Assembly (NCBI GenBank): GCA_034669905.1
Contig: JAXMOL010000002.1
Location: 64,001 to 128,000, forward strand
Length of the DNA: 64,000 nt
Direction: 5' to 3'
Origin: Candidatus Hydrogenedentota bacterium
GTDB taxonomy: Bacteria > Hydrogenedentota > Hydrogenedentia > Hydrogenedentales > JAEUWI01
The notes below the pieces were generated by a model that worked only from the letters and a program-made list of their open reading frames with translations, did not search any database and had not been told where the DNA came from. Of the stretch, positions 10,083 through 20,320 are shown in pieces (position 1 is the first letter of the stretch; each line of letters starts with the position of its first letter). A program made the position numbers and the translations under genes.

Positions 10083-11186
10083 ATGAAATTTCTCGCGTTC
10101 TTGGGCAAAAGCGCCCTTGCCACCACCGCCGTCGCGGCTGGGCTCGGTACAGGAAACTGGGTCAATGAGCAGGTACACACCCCCCAGACCCACCTGTCCA
10201 CCGCCCACATGGAAGAAGACACACCGGAGAGCCCCCTGGGCGAACCCGCTTCGGCTGAGTCCCTCTTTCACTACCAGTTTATCCCGGGCGAGACCCTCTA
10301 CTATGCCCTGGATGCCACCGTGGGCGGCTCCGGCATCGAATCCCTCACGGGGCCCGGCAGTGTGGCCATGGAATTCACCAGCGACATGCACGTGCACACC
10401 GAGAGCATCGACCTGCTGGGCAACGGGACCATCGAAATCGCCTTTGACCAGGTGCAGATGAACGGCAGCTTCATGGATGCCCCCGTCAACCTGACCCACT
10501 CCATGGCCGGCACGGAATTCAGCCACGGCAACGACTCCCTGAGCACCGCCCAGGGCGATTCCACGGCGGGCATCCCCCAACTCGACTTTTTCAACACGCC
10601 CACCCGCGCCCTGGTTTCCCCGGCCGGAGAGGTGCTGCAGGTCTATGGCGCCCCTGGCATGGACCAGCTCCTGTCGCCCCAGGAAATTGTTACCAGTGTG
10701 GAATTCCCTGCGGGGGACCTGGACGCCGGTGCCCAATGGACCTCCGACTTCGCCATGCCCGTGCCGGGGCTGGGCGCTGGGGTGGCCTCCACGGCGACCA
10801 ATGTACTGGAGGGCTTCCAGCTCTTTCGCGGGCGCTATTGCGGTGTGGTGCGCCAGACCATCCTTTCGAGCCAGGAAGACGGCACCCTAGCCTCTCCCGA
10901 GAGCGCCCTGGGCGAAGAGATGAACTTCAGCCTGCCCGAGTTCAAGTTGCGGGGGGAAAACCTCATCTACTTCGATGTGGACAATGGGCAGCTGGTCCAG
11001 GCCGAGATGAACCTCGATTTCACCATGCGCATCGGCGACCAACTCAAGCCCATGGCCGACATGATGAACCTTTACGGCAAGCTGCTCAACGAAATCGAGG
11101 GCAACGCCCCCGGCGAATCAGACGGCGAGGACCTCCTGGACCTCGGCATCAACATTCAGGCCACCCTGGCCCTCCTGACGGAATAG
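10083..11186 (+). CDS. Exported hypothetical protein
   Basis: AGGAG RBS, N-terminal hydrophobic segment, typical codon usage; no confident family. Confidence 0.7.
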   Translation: MKFLAFLGKSALATTAVAAGLGTGNWVNEQVHTPQTHLSTAHMEEDTPESPLGEPASAESLFHYQFIPGETLYYALDATVGGSGIESLTGPGSVAMEFTSDMHVHTESIDLLGNGTIEIAFDQVQMNGSFMDAPVNLTHSMAGTEFSHGNDSLSTAQGDSTAGIPQLDFFNTPTRALVSPAGEVLQVYGAPGMDQLLSPQEIVTSVEFPAGDLDAGAQWTSDFAMPVPGLGAGVASTATNVLEGFQLFRGRYCGVVRQTILSSQEDGTLASPESALGEEMNFSLPEFKLRGENLIYFDVDNGQLVQAEMNLDFTMRIGDQLKPMADMMNLYGKLLNEIEGNAPGESDGEDLLDLGINIQATLALLTE

Positions 11187-11461
11187 TGGCGTAACTCCCG
11201 CAGCTGGAACACGCCCCCGAAAGGGAGGCAGCACCCCAGAATCCCGGACGTTCCTGCCCACGGCAGGGCCCGCCCGCAGACCAAAGGGCACGACAACGGG
11301 AAAATTGGAGAGAGGCGCAACCAAGGGCACGCCCCATGGAGGCGACCATGGCCCCCTTGTATGGACGGGCTTCCCTGCTCCCCGACCCGGCCTGCGATAT
11401 CGATGACGGGGGCGACCCGGCAAGGAAACAAATACGGCCCGCATTTTCCCGGGTCAGTTTA

Positions 11462-11491
11462 TTGACACAAAACACTGCCATAGGCTACAAT
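11462..11491 (+). promoter_or_regulatory. Sigma70 promoter of the tRNA pair
   Basis: TTGACA-18 bp-TACAAT, about 20 bp upstream of tRNA-Gln. Confidence 0.7.
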
Positions 11492-11510
11492 CTTTGCCTA
11501 CTACCTCTGC

Positions 11511-11586
11511 AGCCGTATAGCCAAATTGGTAAGGCACCAGATTCTGATTCTGGGTATTCTAGGTTCGAGTCCTAGTACGGCTGCCA
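11511..11586 (+). tRNA. tRNA-Gln(CTG)
   Basis: Acceptor stem AGCCGTA/TACGGCT, anticodon arm CCAGA-TTCTGAT-TCTGG, GGTTCGAGTCC T-arm, encoded CCA. Confidence 0.95.
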
Positions 11587-11629
11587 TTTTCAAATTTAAC
11601 GGTGTTCAGCCGTTTTTGCCACTTTCGGT

Positions 11630-11704
11630 GGCCCGTTCATCTAGGGGTTAGGATGCGGGATTCTCAGTCCCGTCACAGGGGTTCAAATCCCCTACGGGCT
11701 ACCA
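11630..11704 (+). tRNA. tRNA-Glu(CTC)
   Basis: Acceptor stem GGCCCGT/ACGGGCT, anticodon arm CGGGA-TTCTCAG-TCCCG, GGTTCAAATCC T-arm, encoded CCA. Confidence 0.95.
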
Positions 11705-12183
11705 TTTTTTAAGTCACCACATATCAACGACTTACAATACGTGCAGACAAGACACCGCCAACGGAAACCCCTTCCGAGGCGCTGACAATCTGCCCTGCTT
11801 ATGCGCTGGATGACCTGTTTTCCCGGCGTATTTCCAGAGGGCAGCGAATATATACGAAAAAGGCCAGGAAGCAGCACACGCTGCTACCTGGCCTTTTGAT
11901 AATCTGTGTATGCGTCAGCCGGGGCTGATGCGAATCGTCGCGCCCTTGAAGCCTTCAAGTGCCCAGTACTTCCAACACCTTCCGTAGCAACCCCGCACCA
12001 TAACGCTATATCGGAGAGTCCGACCGACTTTCCACCAAGCCTATCGGAAATTACGCAATATAAGGTGTATGTTGCAGTATGTCGTCATCGACGATGCGAT
12101 ATATCCATTGTGCCGACGGGCGGCGCCGATATACCCACACGATACACGGATTAAACTGACAACGGTATTGCGCGAACTCGAAA

Positions 12184-12384
12184 CTAGGCCGAACGCACTT
12201 CTTTGGCTTCGGGTCCCTTGCGGCCCTGTCCTACTTCGTAGGAGACCTTCTGGCCTTCCGAAAGAATACCTTCGGAGGGATCCACATTGGAAATGTGGAT
12301 GAACACGTCATCACCACCTTCGTCCGGGGTGATAAATCCAAAACCTTTTGCTTCATTGAAGAATTTGACGGTACCTGTGGGCAT
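12184..12384 (-). CDS. csp: Cold-shock protein (CspA family)
   Basis: [28 protein letters not shown]1/RNP2 motifs; 66 aa. Confidence 0.95.
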   Translation of the reverse strand: MPTGTVKFFNEAKGFGFITPDEGGDDVFIHISNVDPSEGILSEGQKVSYEVGQGRKGPEAKEVRSA

Positions 12385-12644
12385 TTTCTGTTCCTTTGTA
12401 CTCTTGTGTTTGTAACCTTGAACCATAGTCAGTGAGGTGGTGGAACCTGTCCACTGACCCGTTGGATAAATAGTGTAGCAACAATCCTCCTGGGTTGCCA
12501 GCATAATAATTCCTGAACATTCCCCCCCCTGCTCCCCGCGGGAACCCCCGCGTGTGGCTTGCATCCCGCGACACCGTCCAGTATGGTTTAGCCCGACCCC
12601 ATAACCGGACCCTATCCCCTTACTGTGAGCTACGATACGCGCCC

Positions 12645-13427
12645 ATGACTGCCACTGAAGCCGCCAGACCCCGCGAAGCGCGCCGGGTCATCATCGTCCT
12701 TCCCACCTATAACGAAGCGGGGGGCCTCGGACGTCTCCTGGAGCGAATCGATGAGGCCATGTTTGATGCGGGACAGCGGTACGAAGTCATCGTGGTGGAT
12801 GATGGCAGCACCGACACCACGCGGAGCATTGCGGAAGATTACGCCACGCGCTACCCCATCTCCCTGGAGCGCCACGCCGAAAACCAGGGACTGGGCGCCA
12901 CCATCCGCGATGGCATCGTCGCCGCCGCGAAACGGGCCGGTGACCGGGACATTATCGTGACGATGGATGCGGACGACACCCACACGCCAGGGCTCATTCT
13001 CCGCATGGTGCGGATGATCCAGGAAGGCCACGATGTGGTCATTGCCTCGCGCTATCAGCCAGGGGCCCAGGTGCGCGGCCTTTCTTTCGCACGCCGCTGC
13101 ATCAGCTATGTCGCGTCCATCGTCTTTCGGGTGCTCCTGCCCATACCCGGGGTGAAAGATTTTACCTGCGGCTTCCGGGCCTATCGGGGACAGGTCATCC
13201 GCGAAGCGCTGGAGGAATATGGCGACGACTTTGTGGATCAGGAAGGCTTCCAATGCATGGTGGACATCCTCCTCAAGCTGCGCCACCTCAATCTTCTCTT
13301 TGGCGAGGTCCCCCTCGTGCTCCGCTATGACTACAAAGAAGGCAGCAGCAAGATGAATGTGACCAAGACGATTCGCAACACCCTGGCCCTCATCGTGCGC
13401 CGCCGCTTTCTGGGAAATCGCGGATGA
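12645..13427 (+). CDS. Glycosyltransferase family 2 (DPM1-like polyprenol-phosphate sugar synthase)
   Basis: [25 protein letters not shown] and DFTCGFRAY motifs. Confidence 0.9.
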   Translation: MTATEAARPREARRVIIVLPTYNEAGGLGRLLERIDEAMFDAGQRYEVIVVDDGSTDTTRSIAEDYATRYPISLERHAENQGLGATIRDGIVAAAKRAGDRDIIVTMDADDTHTPGLILRMVRMIQEGHDVVIASRYQPGAQVRGLSFARRCISYVASIVFRVLLPIPGVKDFTCGFRAYRGQVIREALEEYGDDFVDQEGFQCMVDILLKLRHLNLLFGEVPLVLRYDYKEGSSKMNVTKTIRNTLALIVRRRFLGNRG

Positions 13428-14116
13428 CGGCACCGGAACACAACGTCTGGGATCAGGGACGCTGGGCAGGGGTCGAGGTGGTCGACATCGATTTCATGAC
13501 CCGCTACATCATTGAGCGGCTGACAGGACAGCGGGACCTCACCGGAAAACACCTGTTGGAGTTGGGCGCGGGCACGGGGCGGCTGAGCTATCTGTTGCTT
13601 CAGGCGGGCGCGGCCTCGGTCACCCTGGTGGACAACTCGCGGAAGGCCCTGGAACTGTCAACCCAACTTTTTCAAGACGTGGCACCAGAACGCTTCGACA
13701 TTGTGGACGCGGATGTCTTCGACTTCGAAGCCACGAAGCCCATCGATGTCGTCTTTTCGTCGGGACTTATCGAACATTTCCAGGATGGCCCGCGCCAACA
13801 GATTGTCGACGTCCACCTTCGACACGCCCGGGAAGACGTGCTCCTGCTTCACCCCTCTAACCGGTTGTACAACCGCCTATTTGATGTGACGCCCATGGCG
13901 AAAAAGCGCTATGGCTTTGCCCGCACCTTTTCAGGAGCGGAATTGGACAAACGTATTCGCGTGACCCGGCCAGAGGCCACGATTCACCACAAACGTTTCC
14001 ACCTGGCCTACACCATGCCCCTCCTCCACAATTGGGAAGCCCTCAATCGGGCGGTGACCGACACGGCTATCGAGCGTGCCTGGGGCGGCCTGTGTTTGAC
14101 CCATGTGGAGCTCTAG
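13424..14116 (+). CDS. Class I SAM-dependent methyltransferase
   Basis: LLELGAGTG and DVVFSSGLIEHF motifs; ATGA overlap with the GT2 gene. Confidence 0.85.
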   Translation: MTAPEHNVWDQGRWAGVEVVDIDFMTRYIIERLTGQRDLTGKHLLELGAGTGRLSYLLLQAGAASVTLVDNSRKALELSTQLFQDVAPERFDIVDADVFDFEATKPIDVVFSSGLIEHFQDGPRQQIVDVHLRHAREDVLLLHPSNRLYNRLFDVTPMAKKRYGFARTFSGAELDKRIRVTRPEATIHHKRFHLAYTMPLLHNWEALNRAVTDTAIERAWGGLCLTHVEL

Positions 14117-14123
14117 GCGTGCC

Positions 14124-16154
14124 ATGACGCCACCGCCCGAAAAGACCCTCCAGCCCTTTCGTCCGCCCCGCTGGGCCTGGGCGCTCATCATCGGATTGGG
14201 CCTCATCGATCCCCTGTCTCACGTGCTGATTCAGGCTGCTCCCCCGGCAGGCACGGTGCCCACCCAGGGCCATGTGGTCGATACCTTCAACTACCTCACG
14301 GCCATGGAGTACGCCCACCCGCCGTGGTACTCGCCCTATAACCTGTGCGACAGCCCCTATGCCGAAGGGGACCCCACGCTGTATGCCATCCCCCACCACC
14401 ACCTTTTCGGCGCCATCGGAAGCGTCGGTACCTGGCTCCACATTCCGCCCTTTTACATGATGTCCCTCGCCAACGGCCTGGGACTGGCATTCTACCTCTT
14501 CGCGGTCTACGCCTTTCTGGTTTCTGCCGTCCCCCACCTCGCCCACCGGGCCTTCGTGCTGTTTTGTCTGGGCGGCGGACTCGGCGGCTTGCTCTATGTG
14601 TTGACGGGCCCCTTTGGGGTGCACACCCATCCCCAGTTTGGCGAATATTTTCTGCGCTACTTTCTCTATGAACTCAGCGAAGGCCCCCGCTTCCAACCCT
14701 GGCTCATGGCCGCCCGACTCTACTACACCCTCGCCTTCGGATTTGGCTTCCTCGCATTGACGGCCCTGTGGCACGCCATGGCAAAGGATAAGAAGGGGCT
14801 GCTGGTGTTGGCCGCCGTGCTCTTTGCCTGCACGACCCTGGCCAACTTCCGCGTGGGCCCCATGCTGTGGGGTGCCGCTGCGATCATTGTTTTCTGTCGC
14901 GCAGAATGGCCCTGGATACGGCGCATCGGCTGGACGGCTGCGCTCCTCAGTGGCGTCACGGTCGGGGGAGCTATCGCCATTGCCATGGTTTCCCGCAACC
15001 CGGAATTGCTGGAGACCGTCGCCCGGAGTGCCCGCCTCGCCCTCTGGTTTTCCCCCTTCGTGAGTGCCACCTTTTTTTACTGGGTTCTCATCCCGGGCAC
15101 TGTGCTCCGCGCGGTTAACCAGGCCCCCCAATGGCTCCGCTTTGCAGGATGGAGCGCCGTGGGTTATATCAGCGCCTACGCCGTGCTCTATGGCCTCTAC
15201 CAGACCTATTACGGAAACTTTCTGCGCACCGGTGAGTTTCAGGTGGCTGTGACGATGACCGACTACGCCCTGCTCCTCGGCGTGCCGCTGGGGTGTATTG
15301 TCGCGTGGTGGAAAGGCCCCCATGGAGATGCTTCAAGCAGCAAGGCCCATGCCCCGTCCGCAACTCCTATCGAACAACTGGGAGCGCAGGCGGCCCGCCT
15401 GCACTGTAGCGCAGACCAATCGGAGGTCGCTGCGGAAGTGCCAAACAGCGTCATGACGCTGCCCCCCGCTGCCGCCCCACCCTGGGCCGCACTCTGGCTC
15501 CTCGCCTTCTTCGCCCTTTCCTTCTCCGCCTGGGGACAAGGCTGGTTTCTCAAGTACACCCCCGACCGCTTTATTATTGTTATTGGGGTGCCCCTCGCCA
15601 TCCTCGGTGCCGCGGCAATTCAGCGGGGGCTGGGCTGTTGCCCCCGAATCTTCCGCGGCCTACAGGGCTGCATCATCGGCTGCGGCGTGCTCTCCATCCT
15701 CGTCACCTGGCTCGTGAGCTATGGCCCCCTGGGATACCACAGCCTCCAGCAACACTACAGTTGGACGCGCAACGCTTTCATGAATCAGGCCGACGCCGAC
15801 ACATTGGCCCACCTCGAGGACGGTGTCGTGCTGGCCCCCTCGCTGGGTGCGCCCCTCATGGGTGACCTCGCCGTCATGCGGGGCAATGCCACTGTCCATG
15901 GGATCGGTAGCGTGGACTACACCCGCCACATTGCCAACGACGTGCGCGCCCAGGTGGCCGACTTCTACCACCCCGACACGCCCAATGCGCTGCGCCGGGA
16001 ATGGGTGGAAAAATGGTGCGTGCGCTACGTCTATTGCCCCGACACCGACCCGGTAGACCCGGCGACGGTGGCGCAGCTGCGGGCGTCTGAATGGCTGGTG
16101 GAAGTGGCCACGAATGGAGATGCCGTGTTGTTTGCGGTGCGTGGAGAGGACTAA
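14124..16154 (+). CDS. Polytopic membrane protein, possible GT-C glycosyltransferase
   Basis: More than 10 hydrophobic segments; C-terminal soluble domain (WCVRYVY); in an operon with GT2. Confidence 0.6.
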   Translation: MTPPPEKTLQPFRPPRWAWALIIGLGLIDPLSHVLIQAAPPAGTVPTQGHVVDTFNYLTAMEYAHPPWYSPYNLCDSPYAEGDPTLYAIPHHHLFGAIGSVGTWLHIPPFYMMSLANGLGLAFYLFAVYAFLVSAVPHLAHRAFVLFCLGGGLGGLLYVLTGPFGVHTHPQFGEYFLRYFLYELSEGPRFQPWLMAARLYYTLAFGFGFLALTALWHAMAKDKKGLLVLAAVLFACTTLANFRVGPMLWGAAAIIVFCRAEWPWIRRIGWTAALLSGVTVGGAIAIAMVSRNPELLETVARSARLALWFSPFVSATFFYWVLIPGTVLRAVNQAPQWLRFAGWSAVGYISAYAVLYGLYQTYYGNFLRTGEFQVAVTMTDYALLLGVPLGCIVAWWKGPHGDASSSKAHAPSATPIEQLGAQAARLHCSADQSEVAAEVPNSVMTLPPAAAPPWAALWLLAFFALSFSAWGQGWFLKYTPDRFIIVIGVPLAILGAAAIQRGLGCCPRIFRGLQGCIIGCGVLSILVTWLVSYGPLGYHSLQQHYSWTRNAFMNQADADTLAHLEDGVVLAPSLGAPLMGDLAVMRGNATVHGIGSVDYTRHIANDVRAQVADFYHPDTPNALRREWVEKWCVRYVYCPDTDPVDPATVAQLRASEWLVEVATNGDAVLFAVRGED

Positions 16155-16248
16155 GAATAGCTGCGGGTGCTACGGACAAGGCGCGTTGGTGCCTTGCCCG
16201 TGCTTAAATCGAAATACCACTTCGCAAACGACAGGCGGGCGGCATGAA

Positions 16249-16769
16249 TCAGGGACTGCCTCGCCACACGTCGATACGTATTCTTCTCGACGACTGTGCG
16301 AACACCATTGCTTGAAGCACCCACAAGAACGAAGACGGCGGGGGCTGTCCCGTCGTTGGTAAAGCTGACCCCTAGCCTACCTCGCAAATGACGGGACATT
16401 CCTACTCAGGGACTGCCTCGCCACACGTCGATGCGTATTCTTCTCGACGGCTGTGCGAACACCATTGCTTGAAGCACCCACAAGCACGAAGACGGCGGGG
16501 GCTGTCCCGTCGTTGGTAAAGCTGACCCCGAGCCTACCCCGCAAACGACTGGACATTCACGCCCGTTAGAGACATCTTCCCCGGCCACAACACACGAACG
16601 GTCCCAAGGCGCCTACACCACCAAACGCCTTCGGGGGCGAGCCTGTCCCTACTCAGGGACTGCCTCGCCACACGTCGATGCGTATTCTTCTCGACGGCTG
16701 TGCGAACACCATTGATTGAAGCACCCACAAGAACGAAGACGGCGGTGGCTGTCCCGTCGTTGGCAAAGC
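16249..16769. repeat. Three direct copies of a ~115-155-bp structured repeat
   Basis: TCAGGGACTGCCTCGCCACACGTCGAT...GGCTGTCCCGTCGTTGG starts at 16249, 16406 and 16653. Confidence 0.9.
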
Positions 16770-16802
16770 GGGCCTCTCTTTGTGGTTAAAAAAGGTGCCC
16801 GT

Positions 16803-18074
16803 CTACCCCCGCGAATACACGGTCTTTCCGTCGCAAATCGTGTGCTTCACCAGGCCCTTGAGCGTCTCGCCAATAAACGGTGAGTTCTTACTGCGGGAAC
16901 CAAACTCCGACTCCTGCACTTCCCATTCTGCCTTGGGGTCAAAGATGCAGATGTCTGCTGCGCCGCCTTCTTTCAGTTCACCCACGCCCAAATCGCACAG
17001 GCGGGACCCGGCGATGGTCATGAGTTCAATGGCCCGCTCAAGGGTGATGTGTCCCGGCTCCACGAGATCGGTAATGACCCGCGCCAGCGAAGTTTCCAGC
17101 CCGATGATACCGAAGGGGGCATCGGCGAATTCGACCGACTTTTCCGTCGCCGTGTGGGGCGCATGGTCGGTGGCGATGCAATCCACCGTGCCGTCTTTAA
17201 TGCCTTCAATGATGCCGTCGCAATCCACTTGTTCGCGGAGGGGCGGATTCATCTTGGCGTTGCTATTAAAATCGCGAACAGCCTCGTCGGTGAGGGACCA
17301 GTGGTGGGGCGCGGCCTCGCAGGTCACCTTGACGCCTTTTTTCTTATAGCGCCGAATGATGTCGATGCCTTCGGCGGTGGTCACGTGCTGGATGTGGATG
17401 TGGGCCCCAGTGAGCCAGGCCAACCGCGTATTACGGGCGATGGCGATTTCTTCGCAGGCCTTCGGGATACCGGGAATGCCGAGGGTCGTGGCCGTGTAGC
17501 CTTCGTTCATGGCACCACCACCGGAAAGGTCGTGGTCTTCGCAGTGGGCCATATAGGGCAGGTCCACCATCTTCGCGTACTCCAACACCCGACGCATCAC
17601 GTTGCTGTTGGGGATATCCTTGCCATCATCCGTCACCGCCACGGCACCCACATCTTTCAACTCGGCCATCTCGGTGATTTCTTTGCCCATCATGCCTTTG
17701 GTGGCACAGGCCGCAGGGCGGATTTTGATGCAGGCCGTCTCCCGGGCGCGCCGGTTCACGAACTCAACCATGCCCGCGTTGTCGATCACGGGGTTGGTGT
17801 TGGCCATGGGTACGACCGTGGTGAATCCCCCCCGGGCCGCCGCGCGACTCCCGGTTTCGATGGTCTCTTTCGACTCAAAGCCCGGCTCGCGAAAGTGGAC
17901 GTGAATGTCAACCAGGCCGGGGCAAACTACGCAGCCCGTCGCGTCGATCGTGTCATCGCCGCTCAGGTCTTTTCCAATTGTGACGATGGTGTCGCCGTCG
18001 AAAAGGACATCCAATTTTTCAGACACGCCGCTGGCGGGGTCGATTACGTGGCCATTCTTGATTACGGTGCTCAT
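16803..18074 (-). CDS. pyrC: Dihydroorotase
   Basis: PGLVDIHVHFREPG, KMNPPLR and IATDHAPH motifs. Confidence 0.95.
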   Translation of the reverse strand: MSTVIKNGHVIDPASGVSEKLDVLFDGDTIVTIGKDLSGDDTIDATGCVVCPGLVDIHVHFREPGFESKETIETGSRAAARGGFTTVVPMANTNPVIDNAGMVEFVNRRARETACIKIRPAACATKGMMGKEITEMAELKDVGAVAVTDDGKDIPNSNVMRRVLEYAKMVDLPYMAHCEDHDLSGGGAMNEGYTATTLGIPGIPKACEEIAIARNTRLAWLTGAHIHIQHVTTAEGIDIIRRYKKKGVKVTCEAAPHHWSLTDEAVRDFNSNAKMNPPLREQVDCDGIIEGIKDGTVDCIATDHAPHTATEKSVEFADAPFGIIGLETSLARVITDLVEPGHITLERAIELMTIAGSRLCDLGVGELKEGGAADICIFDPKAEWEVQESEFGSRSKNSPFIGETLKGLVKHTICDGKTVYSRG

Positions 18075-18150
18075 GATGATTCCTTGTAGCTGCAGCGCGG
18101 ATGCGCTATGCATCAATACGCGCGGTGTCGGGTATGGCGTTTATTTCTTA

Positions 18151-18323
18151 ACCACAAAGAACTCAAAGCGCACAAAGACGAGCGGTCGGAGGCTTTGATT
18201 GTGCCTAATGGTCGTGCTGAAACTATTCCGCAGGAGCGGAATGGTATGCATCGCTACGGAGGACCGTAGCGACGAGTGACTCGTTTTTATATCTGTTTTT
18301 GAGCTCTTTGCGTTCTTCGTGGT
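18151..18323. repeat. 27-bp inverted repeat built from 9-mers between pyrB and pyrC
   Basis: accacaaag-aactcaaag-cgcacaaag (18151-18177) versus the reverse complement of 18297-18323 (accacgaag-aacgcaaag-agctcaaaa). Confidence 0.65.
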
Positions 18324-18362
18324 CATGACATGCCTCACACGGCACGCATTCCGGGAAGCAAT

Positions 18363-19343
18363 CTACTTTTTCCCGCGCTTCCCATTGACCAGCAGGTGCA
18401 TGACCGCCATTCGAATTGCCACACCGTTACTCACCTGCTCGAGGATGACGCTCCGGGGGCCATCGGCCACGCTGGTGGAAAGTTCGATGTCGCGGTTGAT
18501 GGGGCCCGGGTGCATGATAATGGCCTCGGGCTTGGCATGGGCCAGCGCGGCCGTGTCCACCCGAAAGAGGCGAATATATTCACGGAGGCTCGGAAACAGT
18601 CCGTCCTCCTGTCGTTCCAGTTGAATTCGCAACGAGTAAATGATGTCGGCCCCGTCGATGGCCTCGCGCAGATTGTGGGTCACGTCGACACCCATCCGCT
18701 CGATGGCAGTGGGCATGAGCGTGGAGGGGCCGCACAGGGTCACATCGGCACCGAGTTTTTTCAGGCACATGATGTTACTACGCGCCACCCGGCTGTGCTC
18801 GATGTCGCCAATCAAGGCCACCCGCACGCCATCCAGGCCCGCCGTGGGGTCTTCCCGCAGGGCACGGATGTGGTTGCGCATGGTAAAGGCATCGAGCAGC
18901 GCCTGGGTCGGGTGCTCGTGCCGTCCGTCCCCCGCGTTGATGATGTGGGAATCGTGGCGGGCCGCCAATATATGGGGCGCGCCCGCCGCGCCATGGCGCA
19001 GGATGATGACATCGGAATGCATGGCCTCAATATTGGCCAGCGTATCGTGGAGCGTTTCCCCTTTGACGGAGGACGACGAACTTGCCGCAATCGCCAGGGT
19101 ATCGGCCGACAGGCGTTTGGCCGCCAATTCGAAGGAGGTACGGGTACGGGTACTGGGTTCGTAGAACCAGTTCACCACCAGGCGGCCCTGCAACAAGGGC
19201 ACCTTCTTGATGCCGCTCTCGCGCTCGGAGACCGCCACAAACTGGGGCGCCGTATCGAGGATCAACTCGATTTCTTCCCGGCTGAGTTCTTCAATACCGA
19301 GCAGGTCTTTGCGGGACCAATTTAGTTCACGGGACGTGGGCAA
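18363..19343 (-). CDS. pyrB: Aspartate carbamoyltransferase catalytic subunit
   Basis: FYEPSTRTRTSF, NAGDGRHEHPTQALLD and MHPGPINR motifs. Confidence 0.97.
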   Translation of the reverse strand: MPTSRELNWSRKDLLGIEELSREEIELILDTAPQFVAVSERESGIKKVPLLQGRLVVNWFYEPSTRTRTSFELAAKRLSADTLAIAASSSSSVKGETLHDTLANIEAMHSDVIILRHGAAGAPHILAARHDSHIINAGDGRHEHPTQALLDAFTMRNHIRALREDPTAGLDGVRVALIGDIEHSRVARSNIMCLKKLGADVTLCGPSTLMPTAIERMGVDVTHNLREAIDGADIIYSLRIQLERQEDGLFPSLREYIRLFRVDTAALAHAKPEAIIMHPGPINRDIELSTSVADGPRSVILEQVSNGVAIRMAVMHLLVNGKRGKK

Positions 19344-19349
19344 CGGCGT

Positions 19350-19928
19350 TTATGCTCCTTCTTCCAGGTCGGTGCGGCGGGTTAACAACACCGCATCTTC
19401 CCCATCAATCTCATGCAGGCGGGTGGTCACCCATTCATTGGGCGTGGTCGCCATGGAATGGCCCAGATAGTCCGCCTGGATCGGCAACTCCCGTCCTCCC
19501 CGATCAACCACACAGGCCAATTGAATACGGCGGGGACGACCATAGTCCATCACTTCATCCATGGCCGCGCGAATCGTGCGTCCTGCCGCCAGGACGTCGT
19601 CCACCAGCAGGATGGTGCGTCCATCCACATTAAAGTCAAAGTGGGTATTGCCCTTGTCCATGGTGGAGCCAATCCCCCCACGGAAGTCATCCCGATAGAG
19701 GGTGGTCGCCAGCGAACCCACCGGCGGGGCAACCCCGGTCAACTCTTCGATCAGGTCAGCCAGACGGTCAGCCAGGGGCCTTCCCCGTCGGAGTATCCCC
19801 AAGAGCGCCAGATCTTCGAGCACTTCATTGCCATGCACGATCTCACGGGCCATCCGGCGGAGCGTCTCTGCCAGGGCGGCCTCGTCCATCACTATCGTGG
19901 CTTCATCGGGCGGTGTCATTTCGGTCAT
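19350..19928 (-). CDS. pyrR: Pyrimidine regulatory protein PyrR / uracil phosphoribosyltransferase
   Basis: TLYRDD, LVDDVL..GRTIRAA and VDRGGRELPIQADY motifs. Confidence 0.92.
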   Translation of the reverse strand: MTEMTPPDEATIVMDEAALAETLRRMAREIVHGNEVLEDLALLGILRRGRPLADRLADLIEELTGVAPPVGSLATTLYRDDFRGGIGSTMDKGNTHFDFNVDGRTILLVDDVLAAGRTIRAAMDEVMDYGRPRRIQLACVVDRGGRELPIQADYLGHSMATTPNEWVTTRLHEIDGEDAVLLTRRTDLEEGA

Positions 19929-19942
19929 CGCGGTGTCCAGAC

Positions 19943-19975
19943 AAAAAAATTACCCTCTCGTAGGATGGAGAAGGT
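19943..19975 (-). terminator. Candidate attenuator terminator in the pyrR leader
   Basis: Minus strand ACCTTCTC-catcctac-GAGAGGGT-aa-TTTTTTT, ending about 15 bp before the pyrR start. Confidence 0.5.
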
Positions 19976-20320
19976 GGGCTCGTTCATCGTGAGGGCGACC
20001 CTTATACGTGATTCGGGTGCAGCCTTATGCGTACACCGGAGCAATTGTAGCAGGGACCCGGCGGCGATGTAAACCAGCGCTAACGACTCAAGCGCCGCCA
20101 GGGTGCATGACGTTACTACGCGTTTTCCCCTTGGCTGAATGGACGATGTTATACGGTAATTGTTAAACATGGGCATTTACAGGCCTGTTTTTCGGTCTCT
20201 CGTCTAGCGGCCTTCCAGAGGGAACGGTTCGATGAAATCGATTTAGCGCACGCGATGCGGATGATCATAGTTTTCGAAAACAGACATTCCTCTACTGGAG
20301 CTTGAGTTTCACGTAACAAA

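Noticed and set aside
11511..12180. Prophage or genomic island at the tRNA pair
   Set aside because: No integrase, phage genes or duplicated tRNA end seen
16249..16769. CRISPR array
   Set aside because: Repeats exceed 100 bp, there are no regular unique spacers, and no cas genes are present
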